Assembly: GCA_030059665.1 (NCBI GenBank)
Contig: JANVYR010000002.1
Coordinates: forward strand, 99,628 to 131,627
Source of the DNA: Candidatus Calditenuis fumarioli
Lineage (GTDB): Archaea > Thermoproteota > Nitrososphaeria_A > Caldarchaeales > Calditenuaceae
Length of the DNA: 32,000 nt
Direction: 5' to 3'
Part shown: positions 20,397-26,860 of the stretch, piece after piece
Position numbering within the stretch: the first letter of the stretch is position 1
Layout: each line of letters opens with the position of its first letter
Notes under the pieces: generated by a model
Told to the model about the DNA's origin: nothing
Seen by the model: only the letters and a program-made list of their open reading frames with translations
Database searches by the model: none
Position numbers and translations under genes: made by a program

Positions 20397-22124
20397 ATGG
20401 AGAGGCTCCGCGCGACCGAGGCCGCTGCCCTCCAGAGGAGACCCGCGTACATCACGGAGGTGGTGCTCGAGAACTTCATGTCGCACGAGTACTCCCGCAT
20501 CCGCCTCACGCCCGGCATCAACCTGATAACCGGCCCCAACGGCGCCGGCAAGTCGTCGATACTGCTGGGGATCGCGGTGGCGCTGGGTCAGAGCTACACC
20601 GAGCGCGGCGAGCGGCTCGCGGACCTGATCAGGAGGGGGAAGGACTCGGCCAGGGTCACGGTCACGTTCGACAACAGACCCGTCGACGGCGAGCGCCCCA
20701 TCAAGCAGATCCCTTCAGACACCGTCTCGATCACCCGCTACATCAGGAGGCAGGGCGAGTACTGGTACTACGTCAACAACCGCTTCCGGACGAAGGCTGA
20801 GGTCGAGCAGCTGCTGAGGTCGATCGGCATCAACCCGAACAACCTGCTGATCGTCATGCACCAGAACATGATCGAGGAGTTCGCCTCCCGCGACGACGCG
20901 GAGAAGCTGAGGATGTTCGAGGAGGCCGTCGGGATATCCGCGCTGAGGGAGAGGATCTACCAAGCGCAGGAGAAGCTCTCGGCCCTGATGGGTGAGGCCA
21001 GCGCGGTCAGGAAGGCCCTGGAGGAGGCGAGGGCCGCGGTCGAGTTCTGGAGGAAGGAGATGGAGAAGCTGAACGAGCGCCGTGAGCTGGAGCGCAGGAG
21101 GTCGCAGCTCGAGCTGGAGTACCTGTACAGCCTCGTGAGGCAGACGGAGCTCGCGATAGAGAGGAAGCGGGGCTCCCTCACATCCGTCAGGTCGGAGCTC
21201 GAGGCCCTCAGGGCCAGGGCGTCGGAGCTGAGGTCCGAGGTCGCGAGGATGAGGGAGGAGCTGCTCAGGAGCGTCGATCGAGGCAGCCGCTCACCGGAGA
21301 TCGCCTCGGTCCTTGACGCCCTGATACAGCGGGCCGTAGAGAAAGGGGTGGCGGAGTACAGGGTGGCGGTCCTGGAGCGGGAGGAGAGGGAGCTGGAGCG
21401 CGACATCAGGGCGCTCGAGCGGGAGCTGGAGGAGAGGTTGAGGAGCGCTTCCTCCAAAGGGCCGCGCGTCGAGACCTCCAGGGAGCCCAGCGAGGTCCTC
21501 GAGGAGCTCAAGTTCGTCACGCTCCAGCTCTCATCGACGGGCCCGGTCGTGGCCGAGGCGGAGGAGATGTTCTTCGCTGCGGACTCGAAGTACCGTCAGA
21601 TGGAGATCAGGGCGCAGGAGCTTGAGGCCAACGTCAGGAAGGCGATGGAGGAGCTCGAGTACCGGAAGAGGCTTTGGAGGGAGAAGATGAGGGAGCTGAT
21701 CGAGGAGCTCAGCCCCATCTACGACTCCATCCTCTCCGCCGCAGGAGGCACCGGCTCCATCCGGGTCGCCAACCTCGACGACCCCCTCAACGCTAGGCTC
21801 GAGCTCTTCGCGGGCTTCAGGGGGAACCCTCCCACGCTGCTGGACGCCCAGACCCACAGCGGAGGCGAGAGGGTTTTGGCGACCATGGCCTTCCTCCTCG
21901 CGGCCCAGTCCCGGATCAGGTCGCCCTTCAGGGCGGTCGACGAGTTCGACGTCCACCTCGATCCCCTGAACAGGGAGATGGTGATGCGGATGCTGGTCGA
22001 GACGGCCAAGCGCAACGAGGGCGTTCAGTACCTGATCATAACTCCCGGAAGGGTCCCGGAGCTGGAGGGGATGAACGTGATCGTGGTCCAGAGCGTCTCC
22101 GGTCGCTCCTTCGTCACCCAGTGA
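20397..22124 (+). CDS. Short-armed SMC-like ABC ATPase (575 aa)
   Basis: N-terminal head half: ITEVVLENFMSH...LITGPNGAGKSSIL (Walker A, nt 20532-20558) and Q-loop-like LIVMHQN. About 270 aa of E/R/L-rich heptad sequence follows, with a mid-point break (VDRGSRSPE). C-terminal head half: signature HSGGER, Walker B FRAVDEFD, D-loop VHLD and QYLIITPG. The track ORF starts at 20265, but ATG 20397 fits the promoter spacing. Confidence 0.85.
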   Translation: MERLRATEAAALQRRPAYITEVVLENFMSHEYSRIRLTPGINLITGPNGAGKSSILLGIAVALGQSYTERGERLADLIRRGKDSARVTVTFDNRPVDGERPIKQIPSDTVSITRYIRRQGEYWYYVNNRFRTKAEVEQLLRSIGINPNNLLIVMHQNMIEEFASRDDAEKLRMFEEAVGISALRERIYQAQEKLSALMGEASAVRKALEEARAAVEFWRKEMEKLNERRELERRRSQLELEYLYSLVRQTELAIERKRGSLTSVRSELEALRARASELRSEVARMREELLRSVDRGSRSPEIASVLDALIQRAVEKGVAEYRVAVLEREERELERDIRALERELEERLRSASSKGPRVETSREPSEVLEELKFVTLQLSSTGPVVAEAEEMFFAADSKYRQMEIRAQELEANVRKAMEELEYRKRLWREKMRELIEELSPIYDSILSAAGGTGSIRVANLDDPLNARLELFAGFRGNPPTLLDAQTHSGGERVLATMAFLLAAQSRIRSPFRAVDEFDVHLDPLNREMVMRMLVETAKRNEGVQYLIITPGRVPELEGMNVIVVQSVSGRSFVTQ

Positions 22125-22196
22125 TCCTCCCGGATCACCCAAGGAGGCCGCACGGCAAAGGTTCTTGAGCGATTCCAGAGGCCTCATGGAGGGCGG

Positions 22197-22922
22197 ATGA
22201 AGGGGATCGAGGTCAGGCGGGAGGAGCTGATGAGGATGATCTCCTCGCTGGAGGCGGTGCTGAGGATGAAGGTTGAGCCCTTCACGGTCGAGGTCCGGCC
22301 TCTGCTGGAGAGGCTCAGGCGGATCGTCGAGGAGAACAGGGACGCGGAGACGCTCGTGCTGGACGCGGAGGCCCTCTACAGGGTATCGGTGGTTCTGGCG
22401 CTTCAGCAGAAGGCCATAGTCCAGTCGGCCTCCTCCCTCTTCGTCGACGCCCAGATCGTCGCATCCAAGGTCATCGGTTCTCCCCCCGTCGCGCTCGCAG
22501 GGGTCTTCCTCCTCGCCTGGCGCCCGCTCGTCAGGATCGAGCAGGTCTCTAACCCCTTGCTGCTCAGGGGGTACGAGCACTTCCTCTCGCTCCCGACGAG
22601 GGGTGTGGTGCAGCCCGAGCCGACAAGCGGTGGGGCCGTCGGTGCAGAGTGGGCCGTCCACGAGCAGCGGTTCGAGGAGGAGCTCAAGCGGCTGCTGGAG
22701 GAGCTCAGATCGAGGGGCGACTGGGTGGATTACTGGAGCTTCCTCTCCGAGGTCGGCGGTTCCAGCAGGGCCAAGGTCGCGTACCTCCTGAGCTTCCTGA
22801 TCACCCGCGGCGACGTCGAGGTCAGGTACAACCCCCTCACCGAGGAGCTCAGGATCAGGGCTGCCGAGAGGCGGGAGGATTCCGGCGACCAGAGGACCTC
22901 CCTCGTGGTCACGGTGAGGTGA
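22197..22922 (+). CDS. Kleisin-like protein (ScpA-like organisation)
   Basis: 241 aa. SD GGAGG lies at 22188-22192, 4 nt before the ATG. The N-terminal helical region (PFTVEVRPLLERLRRIV...LDAEALYRVSVVLALQQKAI) resembles the ScpA N-terminus. The C-terminal winged-helix-like segment (SSRAKVAYLLSFLITRGDVEVRYNPLTEELRI) resembles the ScpA C-terminal WHD. The assignment rests on pattern similarity and gene context only. Confidence 0.55.
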   Translation: MKGIEVRREELMRMISSLEAVLRMKVEPFTVEVRPLLERLRRIVEENRDAETLVLDAEALYRVSVVLALQQKAIVQSASSLFVDAQIVASKVIGSPPVALAGVFLLAWRPLVRIEQVSNPLLLRGYEHFLSLPTRGVVQPEPTSGGAVGAEWAVHEQRFEEELKRLLEELRSRGDWVDYWSFLSEVGGSSRAKVAYLLSFLITRGDVEVRYNPLTEELRIRAAERREDSGDQRTSLVVTVR

Positions 22923-23015
22923 TGAGCCCTGTCCGTCGAGCCGTTCGATGAGGGATCGGCGGAGCAGCCGGAGGAGGTCGTCTCAGATCGAGAGCTGACC
23001 AAGCTGGAGCGGAAG

Positions 23016-23585
23016 GTGGCCATCGCCGCTGCACTGATCCTGACCTCTGGCCACAGGCAGCCCGGGGTCAGGGGCTGGGAGCTCAGGAGGAGGCTCGGCA
23101 AGAACTACCCCAAGGTGCTCGAAGCGCTCGACTCCAGGCTTAAGCGGATAGGGTTGAGGCTCAAGGTGGTCCACGAGGACGATTCTCAGGATCCAGATAG
23201 GGCCAGGTACTACGTGGTGGTAGCCGAGCCGCTCGCGCTATCGGACCTGACGACGCTGGGCTACAGCATCGACGAGGTCGCTGTCTTGGCCGCAACGCTC
23301 GCCTACCTGTATGCCTCCAACGACAGGAGGCCCTACAAGGAGGTCGTGGAGCTGCTGGAGACCAAGTACCCCAAGTGGCGGGTAGAGAGCATACTGGAAC
23401 GTTTGATCAGGAGGGGCTATCTCGTCAGGACCGAGGACGACCAGCTGGTAGTCGGCTGGAGGTCGAGGGTCGAGGTCGACAAGCAGGAGCTGCTGAGGGC
23501 AATCGCCTCCCTCGGCAAGTTCCCGTCCGGCGAGCAGCCCCCTCAACCCGAGGCCGACAGCGCACCGAGCGAGGACCAGACGTAG
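23016..23585 (+). CDS. Tandem winged-helix protein, kite-like (ScpB / Nse3-MAGE-like organisation)
   Basis: 189 aa from GTG 23016. WH-A is ILTSGHRQPGVRGWELRRRLGKNYPKVLEALDSRLKRIGLRLKVV...ARYYVVVAE. WH-B is VAVLAATLAYLYASNDRRPYKEVVELLETKYPKWRVESILERLIRRGYLVRTEDDQLVVGW. The C-terminal tail is acidic and disordered. The frame is open back to 22926, so the real start may be upstream. Confidence 0.5.
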   Translation: MAIAAALILTSGHRQPGVRGWELRRRLGKNYPKVLEALDSRLKRIGLRLKVVHEDDSQDPDRARYYVVVAEPLALSDLTTLGYSIDEVAVLAATLAYLYASNDRRPYKEVVELLETKYPKWRVESILERLIRRGYLVRTEDDQLVVGWRSRVEVDKQELLRAIASLGKFPSGEQPPQPEADSAPSEDQT

Positions 23586-24199
23586 ACCATGTAGAGGCCT
23601 GCCGCGAGCAACACGAACCTCCCAAGGTACCACGTGTATCTGGTCGCGCCGGAGAACTTCCTGATCGCCCTGCCACCGATCAGCGAGAGGGCCAGCACCA
23701 GCGCTCCCACCGGCAGCAACATGCCTGCTGAGTACGCCGCCAGCAGCGGAACCGAGCCCTCCGGTCCCAGCAGAGCTGAGTACAGGACCAGAACCAAAAA
23801 GGTGGGAAGGGCGCAACCGGCAGCTCCGAACGCGTAGAGCGCACCGGCCGCGACCATCCTGAAAGAGCTTCGACTGCCGATCAGCAGCGGACCAGCGAGC
23901 CCGAGGCCCGACCTGCCAGCGAGGGCCAGCGCCACAGTACCGGCCCCTGCCACTAGCGTCATGTGGGGCATGACCGGTGCGAGCGCGAACTTAGCGGTGG
24001 ATGCTGCCAGCGTAAGGATCGCCAGCGTGCCGATCGATCCCATCGCCATCATGAGGAACCTCCTCAGCGCCTCCCTCGCGGTCGGGGTTCCGGAACCTCC
24101 GTAGAGCACGAGCGCCGGGAGCAGCGAGTAACCGCAGGGCGTGAGGACGGTCGAGAGGCCCGCGAGGAAGGCCGTGACGACCATCACAGGGTCAGGCAT
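23543..24199 (-). CDS. ccdA: CcdA/DsbD-family transmembrane thiol-disulfide electron transporter
   Basis: Polytopic membrane protein with the CcdA-type motif LTPCGYSLLPAL in TM1. ATG 24199 lies 1 nt after the upstream gene's stop. The track ORF extends to 24247 in overlap. Confidence 0.8.
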   Translation of the reverse strand: MPDPVMVVTAFLAGLSTVLTPCGYSLLPALVLYGGSGTPTAREALRRFLMMAMGSIGTLAILTLAASTAKFALAPVMPHMTLVAGAGTVALALAGRSGLGLAGPLLIGSRSSFRMVAAGALYAFGAAGCALPTFLVLVLYSALLGPEGSVPLLAAYSAGMLLPVGALVLALSLIGGRAIRKFSGATRYTWYLGRFVLLAAGLYMVYVWSSLGALSASG

Positions 24200-24200
24200 C

Positions 24201-25205
24201 TCATCCACCGCCAGAGCTGCGTGCGACCGCCTCGAGCGCAGCGGCAAGCTCCGACGGCGAGAAGACGCCCCACCTCCTCTCGTAGACGACCCGCCCGTCT
24301 GGATCGAACCCGAGCAGCGTCTCCTGCGAAACCACCTTCAGGTCGTTCAGGAACTGGATGTTGGCCGTCACGTAGATCCAGTCGTCTGGCAGGTTCATCC
24401 TTCGCTTGAAGTCGAGCACGTCATCGTCCGAGTCGCTCGGGTCGAAGCTCTTCGCAACCACCGTCACTTTTCCCCTGTACGGCTCGTAGGCCTTCGCAGC
24501 GTTCCGGACGTTCGTCGAGCACGTGGGGCACCAAGTCGCGAAGAAGATCACCAGCACCGGCCTTCCCCTCGATAGGAGCTCCCGGAGCGTCACGGTCCCG
24601 CCTCCTACCAGCCTGAGGGGCCTGTCGAGGTAGACCGGTTCGTGCATGCCCTCGTGGGTCTGAACGTACCGCTGCGTCTCACCACCGCGCAGAAGCGAGG
24701 CGTACTTCTCCACCAGAGCCTCCCAGGAGAGGAGCTGACCTCCCGAGCTGATCGCGTGCTCCGAGGCCGCCGAGATCTCCCTGAAGGCCACGATGCCCGA
24801 CCCCATCGGCGTCCTCACAGACGAACCCATGACGAACCACGCGCCCTCCGCAGAGACGGGCCGTCCAGTAGTCAGGTCGTGCACGACCACCTTCTCGACC
24901 TCGGAGAACCTGAGGCCGATCAGTTTGCCGGAACCCCTGATCCTTCCGGTCCCGACGAGGTAGAAGACCAAGAGGCAATAGATGTCGTCGAACCTCAGCG
25001 TTCTGCCGTCGGCCAGCATCGCCCCCGCGAACCTCCTGTCACGTATCGGCATCTCGCAGTAGTCGCAACGATCCTCTCCCTCTCGAATGAGCTCCTCCTG
25101 GTTCCACTCGGTTGTTCTCCTGAAGAAAAGGAAGGAGGCGATCAGGACCGCGGCCGATCCTATTGTTGCGAGGAACTCCCTGCGCCCGAGCCTCACCGGA
25201 GGCAT
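24201..25205 (-). CDS. NosL-like copper chaperone domain fused to a TlpA/ResA-like thioredoxin domain, with twin-arginine-like N-terminal anchor
   Basis: 334 aa. The N-terminus RLGRREFLATIGSAAVLI is a Tat-like RRxFL followed by a hydrophobic stretch. The NosL-type motif is CDYCEMPIRDRRFAGAML...FDDIYC...FVMGSSVRTPMGSGIVAF. The C-terminal thioredoxin fold has VLVIFFATWCPTC. Confidence 0.7.
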   Translation of the reverse strand: MPPVRLGRREFLATIGSAAVLIASFLFFRRTTEWNQEELIREGEDRCDYCEMPIRDRRFAGAMLADGRTLRFDDIYCLLVFYLVGTGRIRGSGKLIGLRFSEVEKVVVHDLTTGRPVSAEGAWFVMGSSVRTPMGSGIVAFREISAASEHAISSGGQLLSWEALVEKYASLLRGGETQRYVQTHEGMHEPVYLDRPLRLVGGGTVTLRELLSRGRPVLVIFFATWCPTCSTNVRNAAKAYEPYRGKVTVVAKSFDPSDSDDDVLDFKRRMNLPDDWIYVTANIQFLNDLKVVSQETLLGFDPDGRVVYERRWGVFSPSELAAALEAVARSSGGG

Positions 25206-25209
25206 CGCG

Positions 25210-25689
25210 TCACTGCTCGACTATCACCGTTCCGGTCATCCACGGGTGGAGGTTGCAGTAATAGTCGAACCTGCCAGGCTTTGTGAAGGTGAACGAAACC
25301 GACTGACCGGGGTTAACGGATGGGAAGTTGAACGACCCGTCCCTGGCCACAACCGCATGCGTGACGTCGTCCTCGTTCACCCATACCACCGTGTTGTTAA
25401 CGCCGATCTTGACCTTGACGACCTGCGGCTCGAAGGTCAGGTTCGGGTTCGTCCCGGAGCCTTTGGGGTTGATCACGGTGACCCTGCCGGATGCCTGCGG
25501 CGTGGTGCGCTGCGTCGTCTGCTGCACGGCAGTCGTGGTCTTAGTTTGGATTTGCGTGGTTTGAGGAGTGGTAACCCTCGTGGTTTGCTCCGCAGGAGCC
25601 CGTGGCGGCTGGGCTGACAGGTACAGGTAGATCGCTGCGCCCGCGATCACGAGGACCGCGAGCACCGCCATTGCCGAGACGTTCCTCAT
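25210..25689 (-). CDS. Membrane-anchored type-1 (blue) copper protein, plastocyanin/amicyanin-like cupredoxin
   Basis: 159 aa with an N-terminal TM helix and a Thr/Gln-rich linker (TTRVTTPQTTQIQTKTTTAVQQTTQRTTPQ). The cupredoxin domain has T1 ligands H (DVTHAV) and C-x2-H-x2-M (YYCNLHPWM). A strong SD GAGGTGA (minus strand, 25697-25703) is present. Confidence 0.85.
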   Translation of the reverse strand: MRNVSAMAVLAVLVIAGAAIYLYLSAQPPRAPAEQTTRVTTPQTTQIQTKTTTAVQQTTQRTTPQASGRVTVINPKGSGTNPNLTFEPQVVKVKIGVNNTVVWVNEDDVTHAVVARDGSFNFPSVNPGQSVSFTFTKPGRFDYYCNLHPWMTGTVIVEQ

Positions 25690-25706
25690 GGGTCCGTCAC
25701 CTCAAC

Positions 25707-26768
25707 TCACTCCTCGACTATCAGAAGGCCTATCATGCCGGCGTCGGCGTGGCTGACCACATGGCAGTGGAACAGGTAGACTCCGGGCTTCGTGTAGGTG
25801 ACCTCAACGGTGTCCGCAGCTCCGGGCACGAGGGGGACGACCTGCGCCGGCCACGACCTTCCTCCCAGCACCCACTTGGACTTCAGGTCCCCGACGTGGA
25901 GGTGCCAGCTGTGGTAGATGTCGCCGATGTTGACGATGTGGAACCTGATCTTCTCGCCGACCTTCGCCTTGAAGACCGGGAAGGACTTGTTGAAGAGCTG
26001 CGCCACGCCCTCGAGTCCCTTCAGGTTGGGGAAGATCTTGCTCTTTCCGGTGTAGACCAGCTCTAGCTCAGGCTCCCCTCCCGGCAGGCCCTTCCCGTTC
26101 ATGATGTAGAAGGGCCTCGGACCCTCGCCCGTTATAGCACCGGGAACCGAAGGAAGCTCTGACATGAAGACCACGAACTCCCTCGCCGGCGGCTCGTCGA
26201 AGTCGTAGACGATGATGGCTCCGTAGAGGCCCATCAGCATGTGGTCAACTATCCTCAGACCTCCTCCGGCCACCGGACCTCCCGAGTGGCAGTGGTAGTA
26301 CCAAATTCCGGGCTTAGTTGCAGGCCACTCGTAGACCCACTCTCCTCCCGGAGGTATCATCGATCCCTTTCCGACACCTGTCAGGATGTTGATCTGGCTG
26401 CCGTCGTGCTGGAGGTCGTAGTACGGCATATGCGGGTGGAGGCTGTGGGTGAGGTTCAGCTTGTTCACGGCCCTGACCCTGATGAGGTCGCCGACCCTCG
26501 CCACCAGCGTCGGTCCGGGAACGGTGCCGTTGTACGTCCACGCGTGCCACACCACACCCGGCGCGATCTCTATGTCAGCCCCTTTGATCTCGATGTAGTA
26601 CTCCCTCACCTGACCCGTTTGAGCCTGCACCGGAACGCCGACCTGCCTCGCGAGCTGCGTCATCACCGGCGAGACGTACGGGGCCACCAGAACGCCGATC
26701 ACGACGCCCGCAGCCACCAGCAGCAGGAAGAGCAACACCGTTCTTCCCTGATTTGTTCCCGACATCAA
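25707..26768 (-). CDS. Two-domain multicopper oxidase (both cupredoxin domains carry HxxHxH + HCH motifs)
   Basis: 353 aa with an N-terminal signal/anchor (RTVLLFLLLVAAGVVIG). Domain 1: WTYNGTVPGPTL, HSLHPH, YYHCHSGG...DHMLMG. Domain 2: HSWHLH, FHCHVVSHADAGM. The likely start is ATG 26765, because the TTG 26768 in the track is the adjacent codon. Confidence 0.85.
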   Translation of the reverse strand: MMSGTNQGRTVLLFLLLVAAGVVIGVLVAPYVSPVMTQLARQVGVPVQAQTGQVREYYIEIKGADIEIAPGVVWHAWTYNGTVPGPTLVARVGDLIRVRAVNKLNLTHSLHPHMPYYDLQHDGSQINILTGVGKGSMIPPGGEWVYEWPATKPGIWYYHCHSGGPVAGGGLRIVDHMLMGLYGAIIVYDFDEPPAREFVVFMSELPSVPGAITGEGPRPFYIMNGKGLPGGEPELELVYTGKSKIFPNLKGLEGVAQLFNKSFPVFKAKVGEKIRFHIVNIGDIYHSWHLHVGDLKSKWVLGGRSWPAQVVPLVPGAADTVEVTYTKPGVYLFHCHVVSHADAGMIGLLIVEE

Positions 26769-26784
26769 TTACAACTGCTTTTCG

Positions 26785-26811
26785 CTTTATGATAAACCTG
26801 TAGTTATAATG
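26785..26811 (-). promoter_or_regulatory. Promoter region of the copper operon (two TATA-like boxes)
   Basis: The minus strand reads CATTATAAC (26803-26811) and GTTTATCATAAAG (26785-26797). The proximal box is centred about 26 nt upstream of ATG 26765, implying a leaderless transcript. Confidence 0.5.
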
Positions 26812-26842
26812 AATCTCAATTTGTGAAGGCAGCGTAGCGAAC

Positions 26843-26860
26843 TGTACGCAATTGCATACA
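26843..26860. promoter_or_regulatory. 18-bp near-perfect palindrome, candidate transcription-factor operator
   Basis: In TGTAcGCAATTGCaTACA, 8 of 9 positions are self-complementary about the AATT centre. It is flanked by direct ACTGT(N0-2)TAC repeats (26841-26847 and 26861-26869) and lies 78-95 nt upstream of the oxidase ATG. Confidence 0.45.

Noticed and set aside
22919-22997. Possible C/D-box sRNA (GTGATGA at 22919, CGATGAG at 22946, CTGA at 22994)
   Set aside because: There is no CTGA-type D' or D box at the required ~12-nt guide spacing after either C-like box. The only CTGA is ~42 nt beyond the C'-like box, and there is no terminal stem.
20397-23585. Interpreting the SMC-like trio as a Wadjet (JetABCD) or Rad50-Mre11 system
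   Set aside because: There is no JetD/Toprim nuclease and no Mre11/NurA/HerA nearby. The gene order (SMC first) differs from jetABCD. There is no zinc hook, and no mobile-element or defence-island context.
25707-26768. Annotating the 353-aa copper protein as nitrite reductase NirK
   Set aside because: The size and two-domain layout fit NirK. However, both halves have HCH and HxxHxH motifs typical of trinuclear-cluster MCOs, whereas NirK as I recall has a single H-C(A/S)P T1/T2 bridge and no second HCH. It stays as an alternative to be tested by phylogeny.
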